In this document: positions 13,521-26,334 of the stretch, piece after piece
Position numbering within the stretch: position 1 is the stretch's first letter
Layout of the letters: the number at the start of each line of letters is the position of its first letter
Assembly (NCBI GenBank): GCA_030264375.1
Contig: JASCQW010000190.1
Location: forward strand, 25,792,339 to 25,856,338
DNA: 64,000 bases
Reading direction: 5' to 3'
Source of the DNA: Carcharhinus longimanus
Lineage: Eukaryota
Made by a program: the position numbers and the translations under genes
The notes under the pieces: generated by a model
What the model saw: only the letters and a program-made list of their open reading frames with translations
Told to the model about the DNA's origin: nothing
Database searches by the model: none

Positions 13521-14259
13521 TGTTTAGCATAAGAGAGTAGAGCTTGATAATCCTTAATGTGGTCCCAGGAGTTCTGCTGATAACTGTCCAAATATATGTT
13601 TTCTCATCATGTAGGTTTTACAAAGTCATATTTAATCTAGATTTACAGAAAAATGAATATCCACCTGTAGCTTATTTAAACAACACATTCTAAATATGAA
13701 AGAAACCTAATGTGCTATTAGCGGTTTCATCTTACTTTTGAGCAAATGAATCGTTCAAGGCAATAGTCAAGACTTCTCACTTTAAACTTCTTCAAAATCC
13801 ATATATCCCATCAGTCACCAATAGAGTTATTCAAAGAACATGACATGCTTTCAGTATAATAGTGCAAAATCAATACATTGGTATTTATCTGCATTAAACT
13901 CAGCCAACAACTATGATTTAATCTCATAAAATGCCATTGAATACCATTTTTTGATTTAATTTTACTCAGATTGCTATGTAAATATTAAACCTATCTGCTC
14001 CACTCCCAACATATGCAATGTTAGCATAATCTCTGTAATGAAGTGAATCCATTCTGCTCTTCTGTGAACCCTGGCCTAAAGGAAGGCATGCTCAATGCCT
14101 CGGAGCTGATGCCTCACAATTTATTTTTCAGTCAGACAGATTACAACACAGGAACTAAAATTTACCATACCAATAATAACAAATATGATTATATCAAACA
14201 TTACAACACTGTGTTAATCAGTACGAGTTATTTCACCGTCTCAAAATTAAAATCCTGCA

Positions 14260-15140
14260 GCTAAGAATAAACATGTCAAATTCCACGTCTTGCTCTACTT
14301 CATCACACCACTCTGGATCCCTCCACTGCCTCAGATTGGTCATACCACTTACCTGGCATCCAGTACTGAATGAGAAGAAAAACACCAACAAAATACTAGC
14401 AAGCCCAAATCCATTCTCATTGGCCCATACCAACATTTCATTGTCACCCAGGAAGACATTAGAATTGGTCACTATCTGAGGCTGAACCAGACAATATGCC
14501 ATTTTGGATCTGTGCCCCGTATCTAATCCATAAACAAGACTGCTTTGTGACGCAATAATCACCAGTCTCAACCCATCTGTTGCCAAAACCCTTGCCCATG
14601 CTTTTATTACTTCCAGACTTGATGCTTAACACTCTCCTTGCTGGTTTTCCATCTTCCACCCTCTATAGATTTGAGCTTATCCAAAACTGTGCTGCCCATA
14701 CCCTGACTCTGACTTTTCCCTGTCCCGTTCTCTCATCGTCCCTTTGCTTGCTAAATTGTATTGGCTGATGGTCTAGTAATGCTTCAAATTTTAAAACCAT
14801 CATCCTCATTCTTTAAATTTTCCATTGCCCTACACCACCTTTTATCTATAACCTACTTCAGTCCTGCAACTTTCTAAGCGGTCTCCAATCCTCCAGTTAT
14901 GGTCTCTCATGCATCTCTGGTTTTCTTTGCCCCTCTATTGGTGGCCATGCCTTCACTTACCAAAACTCACTCCAGATTTGCCTGCAGAAACTCTCCATCA
15001 CTCTCTTCCTTTAAGACACTCCTTAAAACTCTCTCTCTTCGATCAAGTCTTTGATCATCTGTTCCAAAAACTCATGTAGCTCAAAATTTTGCCTGATGAT
15101 GCTTCACAGGTGTATTTTGAGATGTTTAATCTCAAAAGGT
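14260..15140 (+). mobile_element. L2 LINE 3' fragment
   Basis: LLAGFPSSTLYRFELIQNCAAHTLT motif typical of L2 ORF2. Confidence 0.75.
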
Positions 15141-16299
15141 TGCACAAAAAAAAAATTCATCATTAAGACTTAGTTTATTCACACATAACAATAGCATTTG
15201 TGCGCTTCAATGTCTGATACCAATAAATACAGCCGAGTAATGATAAAAACGGAAGTCTACAGAAATGCAAGTGACTTGGAATGTCGCATTGGAACCCAAA
15301 GCCTCGCTCAAAATTTTGCTAAAGATCTGCAGCTCACGGCTGAAAGCCATGTCATTCAGCTGATCTTTTCTCATCCATCCAAAAGGCGGCAATTAAGAGT
15401 CTGAAAGTACAATAATGTGAATGTATGGGCGTGGCAAATAAGGTGTCCCCAACTCTCAAAGTTAGTCAGTCACCTCCATACTGTCGCCTGTTCAAATTGC
15501 CAGTGCTTTGTTATTAAATGCTAAATATATTATATCCTTTTTTCTGTTGCACCATTTGGTTCACCTTTTCAGAATTCCAATTGAACCACAAAAGTAGCTT
15601 TTAAGTGGTTAAGAGAAGGGAATGCATGACAATAGCAGTATGGTTTTGATTTTCAATTCATTCACCCTATTAGTACTACAGTTACACATTACCTTTTTGG
15701 CTGAAGCAGTCATTTCATCACACTATTGGTACAATGTGCTCTGTAAAAATAACTCATTCATTTGCTTCTCTTACATCTAGACTGGTAGCCACTTGGAATA
15801 ACATTAGCACTAGCACTTTTGGCTCTTCTCCGGGGTATCAGAAATATCCAAAACATTTTACCACTAAAGCTGTCATATATCAGCTCATGTTGAATGTCTA
15901 TTCATGGGATGGATTCCTGCCAAGTTTCAACTGCCCCACAAGATCAGGTGCAAAATCAGTTTCTGAATGGGAGGCAAATTCTTATCGCAAATATGAGGAG
16001 ACAATTTCAAAGGAGAAAAATGAATAAATCCAAGTTTTGTAGTTTAAACAACAAATAAATAAGCTGCATATTTTTCCAAGAAACTGGCAAGTTAACTTGA
16101 TCTTCTCAGGATTCAGAAAATTTTTTGTACATTCATGAACTTTGTTACTTCAATAATTTGTTGCCTTTAGCTCAAGTGACTGTAGGCATATATATTTACA
16201 GCAAAAGAACAAAACAGCTGGTAATCTGTACATAGCACACAACAATATCCATGAATAAAGAGGCTCCAAGCAAGAGAAGGTAATTTTTCTAATTCTGTT

Positions 16300-16560
16300 A
16301 ATTTCAGCTCGACTGCAATTAAAAGAATTCCTGATAATATTCTGAAACAATTGGTCGCTGATAAAGAGCCATCCCATGTAAATGAAATAGCAATAGGCTC
16401 ATCGCTCCTTGCGCAGCTTCACAGCTCCGTGTTTCCCAGATAAAATTAAGCCAGCACTTAAGACTGATTTGACTAGTGGCATCATTTCTGCGGATTGCTG
16501 GAAGCCTTGCTTGGTTATCAAGTCGAACAGGCACGGCCAAGCAGTCTGATCTTTCTATTC
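16300..16560. promoter_or_regulatory. Candidate conserved non-coding element with GATA sites
   Basis: WGATAR at 16332, 16359, 16438 and 16515; retained CpGs; no recognisable repeat. Confidence 0.4.
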
Positions 16561-18054
16561 TTCATTAAGCAAATACGCAGGAATGGAAATGAAAACATAA
16601 TAGCTATTTGATTTCCATCAAGATATTTTGCATATTGGTTCAGGACTGATAGTGGAATTTCATCAACTCTTTTCATGCTTTAAAAAAAATTGCATCACTG
16701 AGCTGAGGCGCCTGCAGATTTCTTTACACACAAGATGGAGTATTTTTTTGCAAAAAGGACAACTTAATGATAAAATGTCCTTTCTAGAATACCTCCCAAA
16801 AACTCATCATTAAGGTCAATGTAATCATAATCCAAAAATAAAGTATTTTAAGGATCATCAATGGAATTAGTGAAAATGAACAATTCCGTAAGAAATTGAA
16901 ATATTTTTAAAGGAAACATGGGGAAAAATGTGTTCATGGCCAATTGTAAAACTCTTTTTAAAAAGCAGGTCATTCAAGCACAAGAATTATGACTTCTAGA
17001 CAAAAACGACGCGCAGTTCATTACCCTCCAGAAAACTGAGTTCAGCAAAATCAAAACTTGCAAAATACTTAAAATAAAAGCACGAGCCTCGTCTGAAAGT
17101 CAAATAGTTGCCATTTGTCAAGTTTATACACCAGGAAAGGCAAAAAAAATTTGTAAAGAGGTCACATCTGTGACACAGTGGTTCCAATTCAGACATGCAA
17201 TTATACAGTCTCCTTTGACAGTCTGATTATCAAACTCACGTTAATAAAGAAACCACAAACAAAAAGGTTAATACTCGGCTACTGAGGAAGGCCACTTGAT
17301 TCCTTCTTTCATACTAACTCAACACCACCCCATCATAATCTCGAACTAGGTCTTGGAATGATTGCAGAAATTTTGCCTCCCATTCAGAGACTGATTTTGT
17401 ACCTGATCTTGTGGGATATTTTGAACTTGGCAGGAAGCATCCCATGATTAAACATGCAACATGAGTTTTCGAATCAAGGTGATTAGGTAGCAATGCTAAT
17501 AATTGTCAAGAGGGCGGGCAGGGTAGGGTAGATGGAGACGATGTCTGCTAGAGGACCTAGCCAGAAGGGGCATAGATCAAACATCAAAAATGAGACAATT
17601 ACGACTGAATGTGAGAGAAATGTGTTTACAATGAATTGTCTACCATTGGAATGCACTATTAAAATTAGTATGGAAGTGTAGACCATGGCAGCATTTTGAA
17701 GGTTCGGCAGATGGTTGAAGGCAGCAGGGATGAAGATACAGGGAACAGACCAGTGACCACATGGAGGATAAATAACACGTATTGTTCAAGCCGAACTCCC
17801 CCATTATGAAATTGCAGTTTCCGTCTTGCTGCCCAGATGACTATCCCAAGACATTTTTGCTGTGGAAAAAGTGCTGCCTGAAGCCATGGGATTAAAAGGG
17901 GAGGTGGCAGTTGATAGAAAATCAACTGAGACTGTAAACAGTTATTAGTGGTAAACTGCTGTTCCATGACTGAGGGGAATCCATGGTGTCTTCCACTGAT
18001 ACACTGCTCTCTCAATACACAATGACCCGCACTTGAGCACAGGGTCATACTTTA

Positions 18055-18530
18055 CAAGTTCACAGCTGACTCAAAGCCGGAAAATGTACTAGACAATGAT
18101 GATAATTCCATCAGCCTTATGGAGGAACTAAGCAGAGCAGTGAAATGGGCAGCTACATAGCAAATTAAATTTGATGCAAAGAGATGTGAAGTGATGGATT
18201 TGGGGAAGGAAGAGAGACAACATAAAAAATGCAAGTTTTTTTTAAAAAGGGGATGCAGGAACAAAGAGTAGTCCACAGCCAGAAATCTTACAAAGTTTTG
18301 TTTTTTAAACAAGCATATGGGAAAATATAAAGGCAATGAGTTTGTGGTAAATCTTTATAAATACAGGAAACAGATTCAATAATGATCTTCAAAAAATAAT
18401 TTGACGTATCAAAAGGTGAAATTTTCAGAGCCTTAGGGAAGTAGGGCAGTGAGATGAGCTGGACAGCTCTTTCAAAGTGTGGATACAGACACAATGGGCT
18501 GAATAGTCTCCTTCAATGCCGTATATTTCA
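18055..18530 (+). mobile_element. CR1 LINE fragments
   Basis: WA.T.QIKFDAKRCEVMDLG-like RT C-terminal motif and CR1 3' UTR. Confidence 0.65.
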
Positions 18531-18709
18531 ATGTCGGAGTCCTGCGCTTGCCTTTTCCTCATTTTATACTGAAATATGTTGCCCTGTTACCACAGTTAAA
18601 ATGGAAGTATTTCTTCAGATTTGCCTATTCTAATGATGTATTTTGTACAGCTTTATAAAATCCCCTTTCACAAATCGTCTTTCAAGAATTAAAATATTTC
18701 AGCCCTAAA

Positions 18710-19350
18710 TGTTGACAAGCCCCCTGGACCAGGATCGCCTGCATCCTAGGGTCTTAAAATAAGTGGCTGCAGAGATAGTACAGGTTTTGGTCATAATCTT
18801 CCAAAATTCTTGAGATTCTGAAAGGGTCCTAATGGATTGGAAAAAAGATAACATAACACCTTTATTCAAGAAAGGAGGGAGACAGAAAGCAAGAAACTAC
18901 AGGCCAGTTAGCCTAACATCCATCAGAGGGAAATTGCTAGACTTCCATTATTAAGGGGGCGACAGCAGGACAAGTTGTCAAGGGGAGATAGACAGTCTGC
19001 AAAGGAATACAGACATATAAAGTGAATGGACAATAATTTGGCAGATGGGGTACAATGTGGGAAAATGTAAACTTGTTCACATTAGCAGAAAGAACAGTAT
19101 GTTATTTAAATGGAGACTGCAGATCTCTAAAGTGCAGAGGAATCTGGGCATCCTTGCACAATGATCATAAAAACTAAGGATGCAGATACAGCAAGTGACT
19201 ATGAAGGCAAATGGAATGTTAGCATTTATTGCAAGGGGAATGGAATATAAAAATGTTTAAGTTTATTTATTAGTGTCACAAATAGACGTAAATTAACACT
19301 GCAATGAAATTACTGTGAAAAAGTGGGAAGCTTTATTGCAGCAGTACAGG
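18710..19350 (+). mobile_element. CR1 LINE ORF2 fragment interrupted by a ~65-bp antisense SINE tail (19255-19318)
   Basis: DKPPGPG..HPRVLK...TPLFKKGGRQKARNYRPVSLTS; the inserted piece matches the tail of the SINEs at 1918 and 10128. Confidence 0.8.
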
Positions 19351-19689
19351 ATCTTCAGAGATCACAGTTTCAGCCTGACATTGTCAGAATTGTATTCTAA
19401 CAATATGGCAATGCTGCTTGAACTTTTTCAGCCTCATTGATCGCATTTTGTCAGTTCAACTATGTTCATTTAATAATTCTTCATACGTAGTACTTTATTC
19501 CATTCCTTTACTTATTGTTCATATTGAATTCCATTTGTCACAGTTCTCTGTGCTTGGATAACTATCATGGTTCCATGGATACAGAGTCTGACTTAATTGC
19601 TCACCTTTTGGATTGAGAGAAAATTACTTTCCATTTCTGGTTACTAAGGAGTCCTAGAACCAAGTTGCAGTTTCCCGACTTTGTATTTC

Positions 19690-19970
19690 ACCTGGAATAC
19701 GAAGTTAGTCTCAGTAACGGTGACTACGAAACTATAATCAATTGTTGTAAAGACCCACCTGGCTCACTAATGTCCTTCAGGGAAGGAAGGAAATTGGCCA
19801 TCCTTACCCGGTCTGGCCTACGAGTGACAATGGACTCTCAATAATGTGGTTAACTCTTAACTGTTCTCCGAAATGGCCCTAACAAGCCACTCAATCTAAG
19901 AGGCGATAAGGGATGAGCAACTAATACTGGCATTGCCAATGACACCCACATACCAGAGATGTTTGAAAAA
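19690..19970 (+). mobile_element. SINE with LINE-derived 3' tail
   Basis: aatgtccttcagggaagg...gtctggcctac...gggatgagcaactaatactggc; partial copy at ~11480-11615. Confidence 0.65.
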
Positions 19971-22249
19971 AGGTACCTAAACCATTGCCCACTTTTAGCC
20001 AATTTTTGTGCCCTTGCAGGTCTCACCATTAACAGCCACTGATTTGAGTTTCTGTAACAATACTAAAGCATAACCATGTAAAAACCTTTCTGGAATTCCA
20101 AGTACATTATGTAGAGGATTCCCTACTGCCAGCTTGGAGTAACACTTCAGTTTACTTCAGGAAAGTTAAGGAAATTGATCAGACATGATCATCCCCTTCT
20201 AAAATGATGCCAATGACCAATTACTAGATTCCTTTCCATAATGGAATATTATCCTGGATAACAATAAAACAAGTAGTACAACTAAAGCACACAGTTTCAT
20301 TTAGTAATGGACATATTTCTTTTTCTCTCCTCGTCTCCGTCTCCGAGGGAGTCTTCATGGAATCCTACTGATAAGGAAGAGATATAAGAAGTCAATGCAA
20401 AAATATTGGACTTCTAATCTTTCAACCTTTTAACCCAGTGGGAACAAAGCTACTAGTCATATAGAGGACAAGTACTAACTCAGGTGGCTGTGCCAAATGC
20501 ACTTATAATAGTGTGTCTTGGTTGCCACATAACATCCTGACCTGGAACCACTGTCTTGACCCTTCATTGTTGTTGGGTCAAAATCCTAGAAATCCCTCCC
20601 TAATAGAACTGTGAATGTACTTACACTTTAACTTACATGTACTTACATGGATCACTGCAGCTCAAGAAGGCAGCTCACCATCACCCTCTCAAGGGCAATT
20701 AAGGATGGGCAATAAGAATGCTGGCCTAGCCAGCCACACACTCACGTCATGAAAAAAAATGAAGCAAGCTTCTTTATGCTGTTGGTTAAAGCCAGGCTCG
20801 CAGCAACGTTTGAAAGAACTCTCCTTAAAAGTTATGCAATGAAAAAAACAGGGCTGATTTCCAAAACTGAGTCAAAAAGGAGACTTATTCAAAATATTCT
20901 ATCAGGTTTCAATTTCAAAGCAGAGGAACGAGGGGTGAAATATCAGCAAGTCGGGAACTTCTCTATAACAAAGCAATTCTGTAAAACAAACTTCAAATAA
21001 CCTATCTTCAAGAACAATGAAACAATACCATCCTTTAGTACTTCTACTGGAAATGCAGTTTTGTTGCAAAACTGCCACACAATTAAAGCAAGTGAAAAGA
21101 GAATGTGCAATTACTTTGATTGAATTTTTGGAAGAGGTTCCACTTCTGTCCCCTTCTTTAATATTGGCTTCATGTTTTATATCAGCCAAGATCAAACCCA
21201 TAGCCATGGGAAAGTCCATGTCAAAAGTTAGCTCATTTTTTCAGTATATAATGACCTGTGTTCTTCTTCATACCACCTTATTGCTGATTCTAGAAAGGCT
21301 ATATCGGTTCAAAATTGTACATGCTGGAATACTAATAGATGTGATTCATATGAGCTTATATAAAGGTAGCCTCAGAATGGTTACTACTGTAGTTTTATTC
21401 CAGTTTAAGAAGCTTTTTTAATATGTAAATTGACATATCTATGAAAAAAGCTTTAAATGCAAAAGCAGGGGAGTGATCAATAAGATTAAGACACATGGGT
21501 CAAACTGAGATAAAACTTTAAAATAGCAGAGATAAGCACGTTTGACCTAGTCAGATAGCTGTCTTAAATGTATTTACTTTTTTTGAGTGTACTGTGTATT
21601 AGTGAAGAGATTGTATTTGCAGCAATTTAAAAATAAAAGTTATCATCTGTGCACAAACAAGTTATAGATTTCACTAATATAAGTCACATAGATATACTGA
21701 AACTTAGTCAAGTCGAATCCAGCAATCTACAAAACTCAAGGTAAATGACCATGTTTTGTTTGTTAGCTGCCATTGCTGTTATAAATAACTTGTGTCCAAT
21801 TGAACATAGTACACATAATGGTTCTGGTGTTTTTTTAATTTAAATTGACACAAAAAAAGCTGTACTATATACAGCATGCTGCAGATAATCAGATCTGAGT
21901 TGGACCATAATGCATGCAATGACTTTCAACGAATGAGGACTGCAATGACAGGCACTGACTTGCATCAAAGAAACAAAAAAACCCATAAATCACAGCTATA
22001 GCAAGACAGACAAATACATTTGATCATCCCTAGGTAAAATGTGCACATCAACCATTATTTAAAAACATCCTTGATCACTGAAAGAAAAAGTATACCAACT
22101 CTAAGGTCAACAAATGGGTGGGACAACAACTTACCTTGCTTCCCACTTTGCAACTTAAAACTCAAGTTTCATGAAGAAAAGTAGCCATTGTAAAAAAAAG
22201 TTCAACGCAACTCTATGTAGTAAAACTTGTGTCCAATCCCAGGACTAAC

Positions 22250-23160
22250 AATAACTCATTCATGCATCTTATAAAGATGAAAATATGATGGAGACGTTAT
22301 TGGAAGTGAAGCTCTAGATCAAATAGGGCTCTAAGGTTATAACCAGTCTGGTTCAGCCAAAGGCTGAGGGAAAAGGGGAAGCAGCATCCATAATAAAGAT
22401 GCTGGGGCTGAGGATCAGAGCTTCATTCTATGGCAATTTATCTGAAAGTGGGCCCTGGACAAGTAGTCTGAATGCAGAGGCAGTAGAGAGGTAGAGTTGG
22501 GCTTCACGTGTGCTTGGCCTGATGTTTGCAGATGATGGCAGCAATAGAGAGCCTGTAGCTTAGGGAGTCAACAATTGACATTTGGCAGGTTTGGAAACAA
22601 GTGTATAGGAAGTGCAAGTGAGCCCATCAAAAAGCAGCTCTGGCTGTAACTGGATTGGTAAGAGTAGAAGTAAAAGTAGTTCTATCAAGATGGGTAGAGG
22701 AGTGGCAATGGAGGGGATGCTTAGGTAACGAAGATAATACAAAGAGATTCTGCAAAGTTACAGATATAGAATACCTTTTGTGACTTTCCCCAAGAACGAT
22801 TTTAATGCTCTGGCAGGGATGAAAACCTATTGGAAAGATTGAAATAGGGAGCTGGAGGAAGGATGTGCACAGATGTAGTAAGTGACAACATATTCAAGAA
22901 CACGAGAGAAGGGTGGTTGTGATGTGGTGGTAAGCGTTCAAGCGGCCTCAAAAGTGGAGGTTTTGAGAATGTGGGGGGGGGGTGATGATCATGTCAGTTT
23001 TGAAACGAGTGGGAGACGGTCTATCTAGAGGGAACCATTCATTAGGAAGGGACGTCGGAGGATGAGCAGTTTACTGGAAGTAAAGGGAGCTACTGGGCTA
23101 AAGAGATTGGAATCATGAACGATAAGCTTAGTATGTGGGTAGATGAAAGAAAAACAAAGG
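22250..23160 (-). mobile_element. L2 LINE remnant
   Basis: Decayed antisense L2 ORF2, similar to the other L2 blocks. Confidence 0.5.
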
Positions 23161-23365
23161 CGAGGTTATTTCAATGGTTGGCACATGACAAACAGGAGTA
23201 AGAAATACAGCAGTATAAATTTATCTCAGTACTAATATTTTAATCAATTGGTATTAGGATGTGGTGTGCTCCTGCTATTCTTTGTGCAATGAGTTCCTGA
23301 TATTGACTGTGCTTCAGCCAATGCAAATGAGGCCATGTGTTTTACAGTACCACTCCTATGCACCT

Positions 23366-23638
23366 TCATAAGAACATAAGAACATAAGAAATAGGAGCAG
23401 GAGTAGGCCATCTAGNNNNNNNNNNNNNNNNNNNNNNNNNNNNNNNNNNNNNNNNNNNNNNNNNNNNNNNNNNNNNNNNNNNNNNNNNNNNNNNNNNNNN
23501 NNNNNNNNNNNNNNNGTCTGTCGAGCACCACCTCTCTAGTAACAGTAATGTCATTAAGACCCTCCAGTCCTACCACCTTTCCATCGCTAACATCTGGCAA
23601 ATTATTCACGTCCTCCTCCGTGAAGACAGAAACAAAAA
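23366..23638 (-). mobile_element. Young CR1 insertion spanning an assembly gap
   Basis: (CATAAGAA)n CR1 tail microsatellite left of the gap; FVSVFTEEDVNNLPDV ORF2 tether sequence to the right. Confidence 0.8.
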
Positions 23639-26334
23639 GCTAAAGGTGGCTCAGACAAACATCCATTTTCAGAGCTAAGGAAGGCTAGGAGAGGATTGAT
23701 GAATAGCTCCCTTAAGTGCAATGATATTGTAATACGATGAAAGACAAAACCAGTTGGAAAAATCATTCTGGCACAAAACTGAGCCAAAGACGGGAATTAG
23801 AAATACAAACTTTAAAAACTCAGTTAAGCCACGATATTACATGCCAACCACCAAAGAACAAAGACTTGCAATACATGTAATTCAGGCTGAACTACTCTCA
23901 TCCTGGTGCCAAAAATTGGTAAATTATTTAATGATTTCACAATTATTATAATTTTTGCACTGCCCCATGAAATCTTCCAACTTCAGTATTTTAATACTTA
24001 ACTCGTCTAAACTATTCTAGTTTAATCACTTCTGCTACAGCAAAATGTAAGCACACTCTGCCAGGACTCAAAGCACAAACTATCCAGCCAAGTATGCAGA
24101 CAAGAGTTCCATGATAAGCATCCTGATAACAGATAGAAAATAGCAGCATATTCGAACTTTCCCACAATCCAGAAATCTTGAGACAAGGCAACTGGCCTAT
24201 CAGTCCACTAACCCCCTCTGAAAGCTTCCAGCCGCTCCCCAGCTCCCTTCCTGAACTTGACCATGAAAGAGCAAAAGGGAGTGATTGTGATGGAATGAAC
24301 TTGCCACAAAACAGGTCCCCCCACAATTCACTGAACTTGATATAAAACAGATAATCTCTTTGTCCTTCAGACTGTTATCTAGTCTGTGACCCTGAATTCA
24401 TCTTCAAAACTGAAGGAAAAATAACATACTGCAGATGTTTTTTATTAGTTGAAAAGCTCCTGAAACCACAATGTTTCATGGCACAAAGTCAGATCTATTA
24501 CTAAGGGAGGTTGGGCTGTCACACGTATTTCTATAGCCAAATTATTTTAACAAAGAGCAACTTTTTTTGTTGAAAAATGACAGTAAAATTCACCACTTGG
24601 AAAGGAAGTCGTATCCTGTGACATCAGGACTAAGTGTGCAATGTGAATGAAAATCTAAAGATTATTAAAGCTCAACAAAGCATCACATGCATTTCAGGTT
24701 CAGCTGGTTTACCATCAAGTGCTAGAAAATCACTATCTGAATTAAAAATAAAACAGGTCTTCAGTTATAAACTGATTGACTCGGGGCTGATTATTGTTTG
24801 CTTTTGAGGGTTGAATTAAAATTAGGTTGGAAATTCAAGCCCCCGAAAAAAAAATATACAAGACCACATTAAGAATTTTCAGCAGAAGGACAAAGCTATA
24901 GTCAGTCATCTATTGTGCAAAATTAACATCCTAGGTAAAATATCAAGTGTACTAAAAGAAAACTGCATCTCACACAGACAAACGCATGTCTGAATAACTT
25001 GCTCTCCAATCTAATCCTCTATCCAGTGTTTTGCACCATGTCCAGCTTTGCGAAGAAAAAAAATCCTTCACGTCACATTTAAAGTGTTGGCTTTGTTCTA
25101 TTAACTATGACAACTCATTTCTGTAGTAAAAGATCCCATTAACGAGGGTGACCAAAACTGAAAAGGTGGTTTGAGACAGAGAGAGAGAGAGAGAGCAGAG
25201 TGTAAGCAGAGGCACAAGGTTACAGGCAGTCTCAAAAGGAAGATTGAATGAGGGATTTGTAAACGAGAATGAGGATTTTAACTCAAGCTAATGTTAGTGG
25301 AAGGAGGCAGAGTTGAGGATGGGCGAGACATGAGGATTGAATTCAGCTCAAGGTTGAAGTAATACACATGTTGTTTCTCACAGTTAGAGTATCTAAGATG
25401 GGGGATGGGATCATGTGCTAAGGCAGAGTTTCTGAAGAGGCCAAACAGGATGCTGCCGTGCTAGTGCTGTGTTGCTTAAAGTCCATGACCTGATGTCAAG
25501 TAAACAGTCAGACAGCACAATTTTAGCAACTGATCCAAGTACAGAGGGGTGAGGAGATAAACTTGGATATCTGAAGCATACAAATAAAATTGAGTCATCC
25601 CAATAGAAGATATCGTCAAGGGACAAACAAATGTAGATATTCCAAGTTACTGTGCATACATTGGAGAAACCACTGCAGGATCTATGCTGATGGCATAGAC
25701 ATGGGTACTAACACCAGAGCAGAAACACAGAATGGACCACAGATAAGATGCAATGGTGTAAAACATTGCAGTTAACTATATGGAAGTCTACTTACGGTTG
25801 GAGAGAAGATATAGTGCACCATGGTTATAAATATCTTCACTGAATTACCTCAGGGCTATGTACAGATTGGAAGTCAGACTGAAGAAAGCAAATAAAGAAG
25901 ATGGCATGAAATATTGCTGACCCATAGTGATAATGGAAGATCACAGATGTGGTGGAATCTGGACAGGGCAGAATGCTAAGGATAAGCTTTTAAAGGATGT
26001 AGCAATTGCAGCCATTTTGAAAGCGGGGTAAAAAAAATCCTCAAGGAGTGTGAGCAAATATCAACGTTGACAAGCTTAGGTAATTTGGAGCAGTCAGAAA
26101 AGTGCCCCAAGGGAGCCTTTGGTAGTTATTTAAGGATATCAAGAGAAATTTGCATTTAAATTACACTTTTCATGTCCTCGGGATGTCCAAGTGTCTCACA
26201 GCCAACAAATAAATTTTGAAGTGCAATCACAATAAGTTTATGCAGATAAAAGTGACAGCCAATCTGCAGACAGCAGAATCCCACAAGCAGCAATGAGGTA
26301 AGTGGCCAGGCAATGTGTTTTGATGGAGTTGACT

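Noticed and set aside
15693-15740. 48-nt AG..GT bounded micro-exon candidate on the minus strand
   Set aside because: Stops in all three frames and a short pyrimidine tract; such pairs arise by chance in a 46-kb intron. Only RNA-seq could rescue it as a poison exon.
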